Part shown: positions 26,811 to 35,639 of the stretch, piece by piece
Position numbering within the stretch: position 1 is the first letter of the stretch
How the letters are laid out: every line of letters begins with the position of its first letter
From: a virus
Taxonomy: Duplodnaviria > Caudoviricetes
Length of the DNA: 39,099 nucleotides
Direction: 5' to 3' (one strand)
IMG/VR virus record: IMGVR_UViG_3300036904_000072
Coordinates: 1-39,099 of that record
Made by a program: the position numbers and the translations under genes
The notes under the pieces: generated by a model
Databases searched by the model: none
The model's input: the letters and a program-made list of their open reading frames with translations, nothing else
What the model was told of the DNA's origin: nothing

Positions 26811-27116
26811 TTACAAAGCACCATATTCCAATACATCAATTTCAGCCGCCGCAGCACCACTCATCAATGCATCAGTCATCGCATCATAAAATTTAGAAGC
26901 TTTTTCACTATCAGTAAAATATACTTTTGGGTCTGGTCCTTGTTCTGCAACCATACACACTGCAAAACCTGGAATTTCATTCTTCCTTCCGCCTAATGAA
27001 ATTGGGCGCATATGAAAGCTCACAACATTACAAAACATGTGACCATTAAGGCGAAGATCTCCCAAAACTACATCATCTACATTGCTCATACATAAATTCT
27101 TAAAATTAATTCTCAC
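26811..27116 (-). CDS. Hypothetical protein
   Basis: AGGAG SD with GTG start. Confidence 0.6.
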   Translation of the reverse strand: MRINFKNLCMSNVDDVVLGDLRLNGHMFCNVVSFHMRPISLGGRKNEIPGFAVCMVAEQGPDPKVYFTDSEKASKFYDAMTDALMSGAAAAEIDVLEYGAL

Positions 27117-27158
27117 AACTAAACACTCCTATAATTTATAACAAAAACACAAAACGCG

Positions 27159-27350
27159 TCATTTCCTAACTTCATCACGTAAAACCAACAAACAATCTGC
27201 AATCACCCTAAAAGCTCTAGGACTCATAATAGGATCGTAGTTAACAGCCTCTAGCAACCCCTCAAGTCTCTTAAACGCCCTATCTATAGCAGTATGCTCG
27301 TGACAAGCCTTAAAAGCTCTAAGCTCTTGTAGCTCCTCATCCCTTGTCAT
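27159..27350 (-). CDS. Hypothetical protein
   Basis: ATGA coupling with the Cro-like gene. Confidence 0.6.
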   Translation of the reverse strand: MTRDEELQELRAFKACHEHTAIDRAFKRLEGLLEAVNYDPIMSPRAFRVIADCLLVLRDEVRK

Positions 27351-27535
27351 AACTCGGGCAAATCCTTAACGCTCGCTATTAAACGCCCTAACGTAGAACG
27401 TTCAATACGCCGCTGGCTGTCATAAGGAATGAAGCCCCGACGCTCCCAATTCTCCCAGTTATTAGGAGACATTTTCGTAAGCTTAGAAAACCTGTAAGCC
27501 GTTACGAAATACTCTTTAACTTCTAATAATGTCAT
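27347..27535 (-). CDS. Cro-like HTH regulator
   Basis: 62 aa; YF.TAY..SK...M...NW.RRGFIP...Q.RIE..T.G.L pattern of Cro/YdaS-like proteins; divergent position. Confidence 0.7.
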   Translation of the reverse strand: MTLLEVKEYFVTAYRFSKLTKMSPNNWENWERRGFIPYDSQRRIERSTLGRLIASVKDLPEL

Positions 27536-27562
27536 TATCTTACCTCACTTATTCGTAAATAT

Positions 27563-27627
27563 ATTATATCATTCTATTGACATACGCAAGGAGTTTTGCG
27601 ATACTGTTTGTACGTCAACTCCTGACG
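27563..27627. promoter_or_regulatory. Divergent promoter/operator region
   Basis: Plus strand TTGACA-17-GATACT with TGn (27577-27605); minus strand TGaTATAAT (27563-27571); palindromes CGCAA-6-TTGCG and CGTCA-5-TGACG. Confidence 0.7.
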
Positions 27628-27651
27628 CAATAAATTAAGGATACGTATAAA

Positions 27652-28050
27652 ATGTTACAACAAGATGCTATTAACGATACTGTTACAACACTAAACCTTG
27701 TTAACTACCAGGTTGCCGAATTGCTAAGAATAAAAGAAGAGCTGGAAGCCAGGCTATGCGCTTTGTTAGAGCACGGTGACGAAGGCTCGAAGACTTATAC
27801 ACATAACAAACACAAGATAACCGTATCTACTGGTTACAACTATTCTCTAAATAAAGAAGAGTACGAGATTTTAGGGTCGCGCCTCCTACCTTGTTTCGAT
27901 CCTGTCCGTAAGCGAGTTGCTTATGATTTGGATAAGACTATTATACGCGATGCAGAGAAATATGGTTCTGCTGAAGAACTTGCATTACTAGCGCAGTTCT
28001 TGGAGAAGAAGCCCAAGAAGTTGCACGTTAAAATAATAGCTGGGGTATAA
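27652..28050 (+). CDS. Hypothetical protein leading the recombination operon
   Basis: AAGGA SD; N-terminal coiled coil. Confidence 0.65.
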   Translation: MLQQDAINDTVTTLNLVNYQVAELLRIKEELEARLCALLEHGDEGSKTYTHNKHKITVSTGYNYSLNKEEYEILGSRLLPCFDPVRKRVAYDLDKTIIRDAEKYGSAEELALLAQFLEKKPKKLHVKIIAGV

Positions 28051-28052
28051 AA

Positions 28053-28727
28053 TTGTCGAACACAACGCTAATCATAGGTGAATCAGGAACTGGTAAATCC
28101 AGTTCCTTGCGCAATCTAAATCCTGAAACTACTTTTATCATTAACGTGCTTGACAAGCCATTGCCATTCAGACGCAGCAAACACAAATACAATAAAGAAG
28201 CTAAGAACTATTTTAGCTCTGACAATTACGCGCAAATATTACAATACATTGAAGCTATAGACCTAAGACGTCCCGATATTCAGGTGCTCGTGATCGATGA
28301 TTTTCAATACATTATGGCTAATGAATTCATGATGCGCGCATTAGAAAAAGGTTTTGATAAGTTTTCTGAGATGGCCAATCATGCATGGGCTGTTGTGAAA
28401 CGCTTATCTCTAACTCGTGATGATTTGTATTGCTTTGTGTTGTCCCACAGCGACTCCGACAATGCAGGTCGTATCAAGTGTAAAACTATTGGCAAGATGT
28501 TAGATGAGAAAATCACGCTGGAGGGTATGTTTACCTCCGTACTTCACACCCAAGTGATTGACGGCAACTACCAGTTTTTGACGCAATTTAATGGCACGCA
28601 TATTGCAAAATCGCCAATGGGTATGTTCCCTTCTGCTTTGATTGGTAATGATTTACACCAAGTACTTGAGCTTATGTACAGTTACAACAACAACGAAGAA
28701 AAGGAAGATAACAATGACAACAGCTAA
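28053..28727 (+). CDS. Sak4-like (AAA_24) ssDNA-annealing ATPase
   Basis: GESGTGKS, LVIDD, GKMLDEK...EG.F, AKSPMGMF; linked to SSB and exonuclease. Confidence 0.8.
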   Translation: MSNTTLIIGESGTGKSSSLRNLNPETTFIINVLDKPLPFRRSKHKYNKEAKNYFSSDNYAQILQYIEAIDLRRPDIQVLVIDDFQYIMANEFMMRALEKGFDKFSEMANHAWAVVKRLSLTRDDLYCFVLSHSDSDNAGRIKCKTIGKMLDEKITLEGMFTSVLHTQVIDGNYQFLTQFNGTHIAKSPMGMFPSALIGNDLHQVLELMYSYNNNEEKEDNNDNS

Positions 28728-29346
28728 TATAATGGAATTAAACCCGAATAAGCAATATATTTTGTGTGGCGACATATCAGCGTCTATGCAATCGCACGAT
28801 CCAAAGTGTGGTGGACTATCGCGCTATGCTTACATGCTTGAGAAATTTAAAAGCTTTGTTCAGGAATCTAAGGATTTTGATCCTGACGGCCCTACTGTGC
28901 TTATGTATGGCGAAAACGTTCATCAGTATTCAGTGCCATCTCTTGAAGCAATCGATAATAAGCTTAATAACCCTATATTTGAAGGTTTTACCAACACCCA
29001 TTTAGTGGTTGGAAAAGCATGGGAAATTCACTCACATGAAAAAGCAGTTCTAAAAAAAGAAGGTAAAACCCATGCGGGTACTGTAGTGTTTTTATTTACT
29101 GATGGTCAACCAACTAATGAAGCAGCCCTTGAGCGCAAAATCATTGAAATCGCCAATGCAGTAGATCGCGACGATGAGTTTAGTATTGGTTTTGTTTTGG
29201 TGGGAACAATAGATGCTCACCTAAGAAACTATCTTAATAAGCTTGATGATGGTCTCACAGGAAAAGTTAAATTTGATATTGTTGGAACAACTGAAATAGA
29301 AGGTTTGACGTTTATGAAAGCAGTTAACAACGCCATTAACGAGTAG
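28714..29346 (+). CDS. vWA-domain protein (Ter-associated type)
   Basis: MIDAS DISAS...T...FTDG; start moved to ATG 28714 (AGGAAG SD). Confidence 0.85.
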   Translation: MTTANIMELNPNKQYILCGDISASMQSHDPKCGGLSRYAYMLEKFKSFVQESKDFDPDGPTVLMYGENVHQYSVPSLEAIDNKLNNPIFEGFTNTHLVVGKAWEIHSHEKAVLKKEGKTHAGTVVFLFTDGQPTNEAALERKIIEIANAVDRDDEFSIGFVLVGTIDAHLRNYLNKLDDGLTGKVKFDIVGTTEIEGLTFMKAVNNAINE

Positions 29347-29354
29347 ACGCTATC

Positions 29355-30125
29355 ATGACAACTCAAAGAGCCGTCTTATGGTCGTTATTCTGGATTGTAT
29401 GTGCTGGATTTTTTAGTGGTGGTCTCTATGCGCTATATGGCATAGAGTCTGCAATCACGTTTTTTACATGCTATACAGTTGAAAAATTACTATCTCTAGA
29501 TAATTTATTTATGTTTTATGTGATATTTCGATATTATGGCTGCAAAGAACACAAGCAACGTAAGATCCTCAATATTGGTATAATTAGCGCTGTTATTTTG
29601 CGAGCCTGTCTTATTTTGCCAGGTTTGTACCTTGTAAATCGCTTCAATTTTTTAATTTATGGATTTGCAGTCTTTTTGTTATACGCTAGCTATAAAATAT
29701 TTTTTAGTAAGTCTGATGAAATAGAAGATGAACCGCCTGCACTTGTTAAACCACTTCAAAAATGGCTTGGCTCTACAGCTCTGATTATTGCTTCCATTGA
29801 GCTTGCGGATTTATTATTTGCACTAGATAGTATTCCGGCTGGTTTTGGAATTACAACCAATGCTTTTTTGCTTTATGCGGCGAACATTTTTGCTATTCTT
29901 GGTCTGCGTTCTATGTATTTTATTTTGCAAAATTCTATCAATAAATTCATCTATTTGGAACCAGCAGTAGGAATAGTATTGAGCATTGTTGGGTTTAAAA
30001 TGCTATTGCAACATTGGTTTTTCATTCCCGATTATTTGCTACTATCCAGTATAATAACAATTCTAATAACTGCGGTTATCGCTTCAAAATTACATTATAA
30101 GGAATTAAACGAATGTATCTTATAG
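29355..30125 (+). CDS. terC: TerC/Alx family membrane protein
   Basis: EKLLSLDNLF, IELADLLFALDSIPA, NIFAILGLRSMY; multiple TM segments. Confidence 0.92.
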   Translation: MTTQRAVLWSLFWIVCAGFFSGGLYALYGIESAITFFTCYTVEKLLSLDNLFMFYVIFRYYGCKEHKQRKILNIGIISAVILRACLILPGLYLVNRFNFLIYGFAVFLLYASYKIFFSKSDEIEDEPPALVKPLQKWLGSTALIIASIELADLLFALDSIPAGFGITTNAFLLYAANIFAILGLRSMYFILQNSINKFIYLEPAVGIVLSIVGFKMLLQHWFFIPDYLLLSSIITILITAVIASKLHYKELNECIL

Positions 30126-30250
30126 ATCTCATTATTGGCATGTTCATACCCATGCTATTCCCAGATAAGTACATGGCATTAAGAGCCAAAATTGTAAAGC
30201 TTATTCATTATTGCAACGACACAACACCACCTAATAAGGAGTACAAATAA
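30113..30250 (+). CDS. 45-aa hypothetical protein with hydrophobic N-terminus (MYLIDLIIGMFIPMLF...)
   Basis: Read by hand; AAGGA SD; TAATG coupling to the SSB-like gene. Confidence 0.55.
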   Translation: MYLIDLIIGMFIPMLFPDKYMALRAKIVKLIHYCNDTTPPNKEYK

Positions 30251-30804
30251 TGCAAGGATTTTGGGACAATCTATCAGGAAAGCCAGAAGACGCTTTCACT
30301 AAAACATTCGCAGATGTTCTGCCTAACAACACTCTAGCTCTCGCACAGGTTGCATCCTGCAAGCTCAAACTATTTAATGACACAGACTTTATAAACTTAG
30401 AATGGGAACTTATCGAAGGCGATTTTAAAGGTCAGCACTTATTTCAAAAACTGAACATTTATGACAAGGATGTAGATAAAGCCACTAAAGCGCGTAATAT
30501 GTTAATGTATCTTGTGCAGTTGTTTCACGTGAAACATGATCCCAATAACGCACCTAATGATAACTTTTTAGCGCAATTTAACGGCAAAGTCGCAGGCATT
30601 AAAATACAAGAATGGTCAATGCAAAAGAATGACGGCACCCTTGGCCATGGAAACTTTATATCCGAAGTGCATGCCTCTACTGGTTTTGTTTCCGAAACTG
30701 GTAAATACAGAGACTTTAAACATAAGAGTGTAGGAGTTGATAGCGCGCTAACCAGACACAGCAGACAAGAAAAGAACGAGCTGGACGATGACATTCCCTT
30801 TTAA
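30250..30804 (+). CDS. Phage SSB-like protein (DUF669 type)
   Basis: OB-like pattern with acidic tail DDDIPF. Confidence 0.75.
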   Translation: MQGFWDNLSGKPEDAFTKTFADVLPNNTLALAQVASCKLKLFNDTDFINLEWELIEGDFKGQHLFQKLNIYDKDVDKATKARNMLMYLVQLFHVKHDPNNAPNDNFLAQFNGKVAGIKIQEWSMQKNDGTLGHGNFISEVHASTGFVSETGKYRDFKHKSVGVDSALTRHSRQEKNELDDDIPF

Positions 30805-30844
30805 AACGGACGTCATCACAAATATTGAATAAGGACTATAACAC

Positions 30845-31558
30845 ATGGACAACTGGGACACCGAGCACTTAGAAAACATACCGGAATCACAAAACCCAAA
30901 CACAGGGTTGCTTACTACTATAATCAACAATAGTCTTGCGCATAATAAGCAAGACGAGCGCACATACATTGGCGCAAGTAATATTGGTAATCCTTGTGAG
31001 CGCAAGATTTGGTATGGCTTTGCCGGCATTATTGGTGAGCCATTGCCTGCTAATATTAGGCGTACTTTTGACATTGGCAAAACCCTTGAGAGCCTTGTAT
31101 TGGATTACTTGGAGGATGCTGGGCTAGCTTTGGTTCGTGCTCCTGAGCTTCTAAAGTTTACTTCTTCTCTTGTCCCTGAGCTTCGGGGGCACGCAGACGC
31201 TAAATGGTTGCGTGATTTTCCATATAATGCTGCTATCATAGAAGTAAAAACAGCTAAAGATTCGTCGTTTCGTGTGTTTCAAAAAGCGGGGTTACAAAAA
31301 TGGTATCCCGTATATTATGCGCAAGTGCAGGCTTATATGGGGATGTCTGGTGTAAAAGAAGCGTACGTGCTAGCTATCAACAAAGATACTTCAGAATTAC
31401 ATGACGAACATGTTGCGTTTGATGAGAATTACTATAATGAGCTGTGCATGAAAGCATCACGCATAGCTTCTTCCATAACTGCGCCTGACAAGATTAACAA
31501 TAGTCCATTCTATTTTGTCTGTCGTGGGTGCCAATATAAGAGTATATGTCATGGTTAA
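30845..31558 (+). CDS. Cas4-like PD-(D/E)xK exonuclease
   Basis: GAS.IG.PCER.IWY, GHAD, EVKT, QVQAYM, CRGCQYKSIC. Confidence 0.85.
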   Translation: MDNWDTEHLENIPESQNPNTGLLTTIINNSLAHNKQDERTYIGASNIGNPCERKIWYGFAGIIGEPLPANIRRTFDIGKTLESLVLDYLEDAGLALVRAPELLKFTSSLVPELRGHADAKWLRDFPYNAAIIEVKTAKDSSFRVFQKAGLQKWYPVYYAQVQAYMGMSGVKEAYVLAINKDTSELHDEHVAFDENYYNELCMKASRIASSITAPDKINNSPFYFVCRGCQYKSICHG

Positions 31559-31781
31559 TTCAAGTAACGTTTTACAACAATTGTGTTTTATTTATGGTTT
31601 TAGTTCCGCTTCAGAGTTTCTAAACCTCGATGGCATTGCCGATCACCAAGAAAAGCTTGAGCTTTTAATGCGGGAATTAATAGACTCACTGCACACTATT
31701 CGAGATCATAAAATGCCCGAATTTCAGCCAACGCACTGTCCAAACTGTAACACACAATACCAAGATAGCCTTCACTATTAG
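31551..31781 (+). CDS. Hypothetical protein with CxxC
   Basis: Overlap-coupled ATG (MVNSSNV). Confidence 0.45.
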   Translation: MVNSSNVLQQLCFIYGFSSASEFLNLDGIADHQEKLELLMRELIDSLHTIRDHKMPEFQPTHCPNCNTQYQDSLHY

Positions 31782-32067
31782 CCAACATAAGGAATGACTC
31801 TTGTGCTTGTGTAGGCTTATTGGGTGGTACTTTAAGTTCAATCCATAGGCCTTTGTAATTGTCGTTACCACGCATAAAAAAGCAATCAGCAACACCAGCC
31901 ATCATTCCTGCTTTCTTAAGCTGATAACCTTGCCACTTAGTTCTAACGCCTTCGTTGGGAACGTGAATAAAAGGCAGTAAATACATATCAGCAAATTGCT
32001 TAACCGCATCTTGTATCTGCTTTTCAGTCATCTTAAAGCGTGAGTTTTCAAGGTTAGTAAGTTCCAT
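31696..32067 (-). CDS. VRR-NUC domain nuclease
   Basis: E..IQ...HVPNEG...G...GVAD...IELK....PT..Q..F. Confidence 0.88.
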   Translation of the reverse strand: MELTNLENSRFKMTEKQIQDAVKQFADMYLLPFIHVPNEGVRTKWQGYQLKKAGMMAGVADCFFMRGNDNYKGLWIELKVPPNKPTQAQESFLMLANSEGYLGIVCYSLDSALAEIRAFYDLE

Positions 32068-32491
32068 GACGCAACCTATTCGTCATGTCATTACTACGTA
32101 AGGGCCCCACTTGTCTTGCCCAAATACTCGCCAAAAGCTCGTCAGCAGCTTTATTATAATCCAGCACACTAAGTGCTAATAGAGTATTGCGAAATTTTAG
32201 GAGTTTTGGTAATCCAATATTGAAACATAGTTCAATTAGTACACCTTTACGTACTTCATCAAGAATCACATACCAATTATAAGGTTGAAGTTGTTTCTTG
32301 GAGCGGGATATATCATTTCGCAATAGATAGAGCATCTCATCCGTGGTAAGACCTGCTCCTATGCGTTTATCTATACACCGACCATACCCTATTGTGGCAT
32401 AACCTAAAGTGTCTTCATACACATAAGGGCTTTCGCCCTCATGGGTTTTTATTCTCTGCTCTAAAAGACTGTCATTAGTCCATGACGGCAT
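32054..32491 (-). CDS. Lysozyme (GH24, T4-like)
   Basis: HEG....YEDTLGYATIGYG, FNIG...L.KF, AA.ELL.S.WARQV..R; start uncertain (32491 or 32524). Confidence 0.9.
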   Translation of the reverse strand: MPSWTNDSLLEQRIKTHEGESPYVYEDTLGYATIGYGRCIDKRIGAGLTTDEMLYLLRNDISRSKKQLQPYNWYVILDEVRKGVLIELCFNIGLPKLLKFRNTLLALSVLDYNKAADELLASIWARQVGPLRSNDMTNRLRHGTY

Positions 32492-32726
32492 AGTTGTGGT
32501 CAAGCTCGGTTTCTGGAATAGCATCTACAATATCCTTTTGTGGTTCTTGCACGTCCTGTGTGTTTAAGTCTCTTATGTATTCGTTCGTTACTTCTATGGC
32601 TCCGAGAAGAGCATTTTGGTTTCCTATCAGGCGCTCTAAATTGCTTCGAGCCTCTGTGATTAGTCTTCCAGCTTCTTGGGATTGTTGTTGTAGTACTTGT
32701 AGTCTTGTTTGTAATTTATCTTGCAT
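32475..32726 (-). CDS. Small coiled-coil protein
   Basis: Heptad pattern; AAGGA SD. Confidence 0.6.
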   Translation of the reverse strand: MQDKLQTRLQVLQQQSQEAGRLITEARSNLERLIGNQNALLGAIEVTNEYIRDLNTQDVQEPQKDIVDAIPETELDHNYAVMD

Positions 32727-32735
32727 TTTAAATCC

Positions 32736-32939
32736 TTATTGTAGGTCATCGTCATCATGCTGACAATCCAATGATATATGGCCTTTGTCACAAGATTCCA
32801 GTTTTTCCTCAACTAATTGCATGATAATTTCTATTAGTCTTGTTAGTTGCGCAACAAATAGCTGTTGCAGTTCTGGCTCAAGTTTTATAAGTTCACGCTC
32901 TATCAGAAGCATGATTGTATGGAATAGCCAATCTAGCAT
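32736..32939 (-). CDS. Hypothetical protein
   Basis: AAGGA SD; upstream of lysozyme. Confidence 0.6.
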   Translation of the reverse strand: MLDWLFHTIMLLIERELIKLEPELQQLFVAQLTRLIEIIMQLVEEKLESCDKGHISLDCQHDDDDLQ

Positions 32940-32949
32940 ATAGGTATCC

Positions 32950-35247
32950 TTATACTAAATAACTTCCTGAAACATAAAAACTCGATGTATTACCAACTTG
33001 TGTATTTGACAATGCTGTAAGAGTAGTAGCAGTCGTTTGTAAATACGGTGTTATTGATGTAGAACCACCGACAATAGCCGCACATATAGCACCTGCCGCA
33101 TAAGTAACGTTTTGACAAATTAGAGGAACAGCCTGATTACCTAATGACGCACTTGTTATTGGAAGCCCTGTGATTAGTACGGACCCAGTTAACCCGCCAA
33201 TAGAAGTCAAAACAATAGTGATTGTAAAATGTACAATGCTACCAATGCGTGAATATTGCCCAATTGCCTGAGAAGTTGTTACGCCCGTGCTAGAGCCGCC
33301 GACAGTAATTGCCGGAGTAAATGAAGTCGATGCAACATAATTTGATAACGTACTACCACCAAAGTTAATGCTGGTAGCAAGAGCGGCACCAAGTGTAGGA
33401 GTAACGAATGTGGGACTATTGGTTAATGCAAAATTGCCAGTTCCAGAAACTGCTCCCCAACTTGGAGTCGCCGAAGAACCAGAAATCAATGGCAATCCAG
33501 CTGTAGCAGTTCCAGAAAGAATATTTAATTTTGATGCATCCGACCAAACAATACCACCTGCCGATGCCGTTAATGCGTTGTTTGTGCCACCTAAAGCGAG
33601 TGATGTACCTGCGATAGTAAATGACGAGACATCAGGAAATATTACTGTATCTGTTGCTATAGTATTAGCCATCTGAAATATAGTCTGATGACCTCCTGAT
33701 GTTCCTGAAAATATAGAAAATGGTTGTGTAAGTGCACTTGTAACAACTCTAACTGGCCCGGTTCCTAATCCATATAAATCCAGAGAACTATTTCCAGAAC
33801 CAGCAACCTTTAAAGCAACAGCACCACTAGCTACATTATTAAATATTTGCAAATAATTTGTGGCGGACGCCGTTGCTCCATATGCAAGAAATGGATTCCC
33901 ATTAAAATCCAGAAGGCTTACGCCTGTGCCAAGCTGCAAGGTATTAAACTGTACAGCGCTATTCGTTGCTATTGATTGTGGCAATGATAGAGTAACTGCT
34001 CCCGTACTAGCCGAGGCTATGACCTGATTTGCCGTGCCAGTAATACTGGTAACAGCACTTCCTGAAGGCACCGTTGTTGATAAAACAGGAATACCACTTG
34101 AATTCGTAACCATAAATGCATTAGCGGTCAATGTTCCAGATACAAATAATGGCATTAGGTAATTGGTACCATTAATATTAGGCTGCCAGAATCCTGCTGT
34201 TGTTCCGCCTCCAAATGTTGCACCATCACCTCTAAAGCCTACAGGTGCCAATGTGCTTCCTATAGCTATTCCAGGGCCATTCGTGCCACTTGTAGCTCCT
34301 GTGGCAATAGTTGCTGTTGCGCCATAACCCAATGCCAAAGTGCCCAAAGCACTAGCGGAATTTGCTCCAGATGCGTAACCTAAAAATGTGTTATTGCCGC
34401 CTGTGGTAACAGCTACCCCACCACCAGTAGTTAACCCGGTGTTCGAGCCTACAAATACGTTCGTAGAACCGGTTGTTAGCATTTCGCCCGATGCGGTTCC
34501 TACTAAGGTGTTTGTATTGCCACTTGTAATACTGGCACCTGTAGTATCTCCAATAGCTACGTTACTGCTAGCGGTACATAATGTAAGGGCTGAAGTACCA
34601 AGGGCTGTATTGTTATTGCCGACTATATTAGCTTGTAAAGTTGCACTTCCAACTGCAAAATTACCGCTGCCAGTGGTATTAACTAATAGCGCATTAGGCC
34701 CAACTGCAAGATTTGCGGCACCTGTAGTATTAGCTGCTAAAGCATTAACACCAAATGCCGTATTCGTTGATATACTTCCGCCCCCTAATCCTGCAGTAAC
34801 TGTATGAAATACACTGTCATTTGTAGTAGTAACTGAAGCAAAAGTAGGCGAGCTAGTAGTTGCAATATTCTGTGGTAAGGCAAGTGTTACAACTCCTGAC
34901 TGTGGGACACCTGCAACACCATTCGCAAGAACCTGGCTTGTTGTGCCAATTATGCCTGTTACAGTCCCACTGTTCGTAGCACTTATAGTGAAATTGTTAC
35001 CTACCAGGCCTATAGTTATACCAGTTCCAGCTACTAGGTTAGCGGGTGATAATAGCGAGCCATTTGTTGCGTAATAGCCTATTTGCCCTGCAAGTCCTGG
35101 AGTAACTAATTGCCCAATAAAATTTTCATAGGTCATGGCGGCATCATTTGAAGTACCGTAAGGATATTGTCCAAAATACATGAGATCTAAAGCATTATTG
35201 GTTGTAATCGGATTTATCAAATACACCTGTTCAATATTACGTGCCAT
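32950..35247 (-). CDS. Tail fibre/spike with adhesin-like N-x-A-x-G beta-roll repeats
   Basis: NTAFG/NLAVG/NFAVG/NTALG repeats; duplicated VT.I.GT..QV.A...VTL.LPQ.IAT segment; C-terminal Y.RIG..V knob. Confidence 0.8.
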   Translation of the reverse strand: MARNIEQVYLINPITTNNALDLMYFGQYPYGTSNDAAMTYENFIGQLVTPGLAGQIGYYATNGSLLSPANLVAGTGITIGLVGNNFTISATNSGTVTGIIGTTSQVLANGVAGVPQSGVVTLALPQNIATTSSPTFASVTTTNDSVFHTVTAGLGGGSISTNTAFGVNALAANTTGAANLAVGPNALLVNTTGSGNFAVGSATLQANIVGNNNTALGTSALTLCTASSNVAIGDTTGASITSGNTNTLVGTASGEMLTTGSTNVFVGSNTGLTTGGGVAVTTGGNNTFLGYASGANSASALGTLALGYGATATIATGATSGTNGPGIAIGSTLAPVGFRGDGATFGGGTTAGFWQPNINGTNYLMPLFVSGTLTANAFMVTNSSGIPVLSTTVPSGSAVTSITGTANQVIASASTGAVTLSLPQSIATNSAVQFNTLQLGTGVSLLDFNGNPFLAYGATASATNYLQIFNNVASGAVALKVAGSGNSSLDLYGLGTGPVRVVTSALTQPFSIFSGTSGGHQTIFQMANTIATDTVIFPDVSSFTIAGTSLALGGTNNALTASAGGIVWSDASKLNILSGTATAGLPLISGSSATPSWGAVSGTGNFALTNSPTFVTPTLGAALATSINFGGSTLSNYVASTSFTPAITVGGSSTGVTTSQAIGQYSRIGSIVHFTITIVLTSIGGLTGSVLITGLPITSASLGNQAVPLICQNVTYAAGAICAAIVGGSTSITPYLQTTATTLTALSNTQVGNTSSFYVSGSYLV

Positions 35248-35258
35248 GCTTGATACTC

Positions 35259-35621
35259 CTATGGGTAGCCAATTGCAAAGAATTCAACAACAATATCGCA
35301 CGTAGTGTTCGGGGTTATAAAGCTAATGACATCTTTGGGATATACAGTGCGTCTGAATTCAATAGTACCCACAGCTAAATCAGAACTTGACGCAGCAAAT
35401 GTACCACCAGCAGGAACTGCGGCTGTAGTTTTACGAGAAACCCAACACCACCCTGTAGGCTGCATGCGAACGTACATAAGGTATGCGGGTGCGTCTAAAG
35501 GCACCGTAACTGATTCAGCTGTACTTGCTGCTAAAGTCGCTGTAAATATATTAGTTGGAAACTGCATCCCGTGCGTATTTAAACCTTGTACATCGCGTGC
35601 AAATGCTAATAATGTAGACAT
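35259..35621 (-). CDS. Small virion/tail-associated protein
   Basis: Beta-rich; lies between the two fibre genes. Confidence 0.55.
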   Translation of the reverse strand: MSTLLAFARDVQGLNTHGMQFPTNIFTATLAASTAESVTVPLDAPAYLMYVRMQPTGWCWVSRKTTAAVPAGGTFAASSSDLAVGTIEFRRTVYPKDVISFITPNTTCDIVVEFFAIGYP

Positions 35622-35639
35622 ATCCGTGTCCTTATGTGT

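Noticed and set aside
30845-31558. CRISPR-Cas system suggested by the Cas4-like gene
   Set aside because: No array or other cas genes; the Sak4/SSB context indicates a recombination exonuclease
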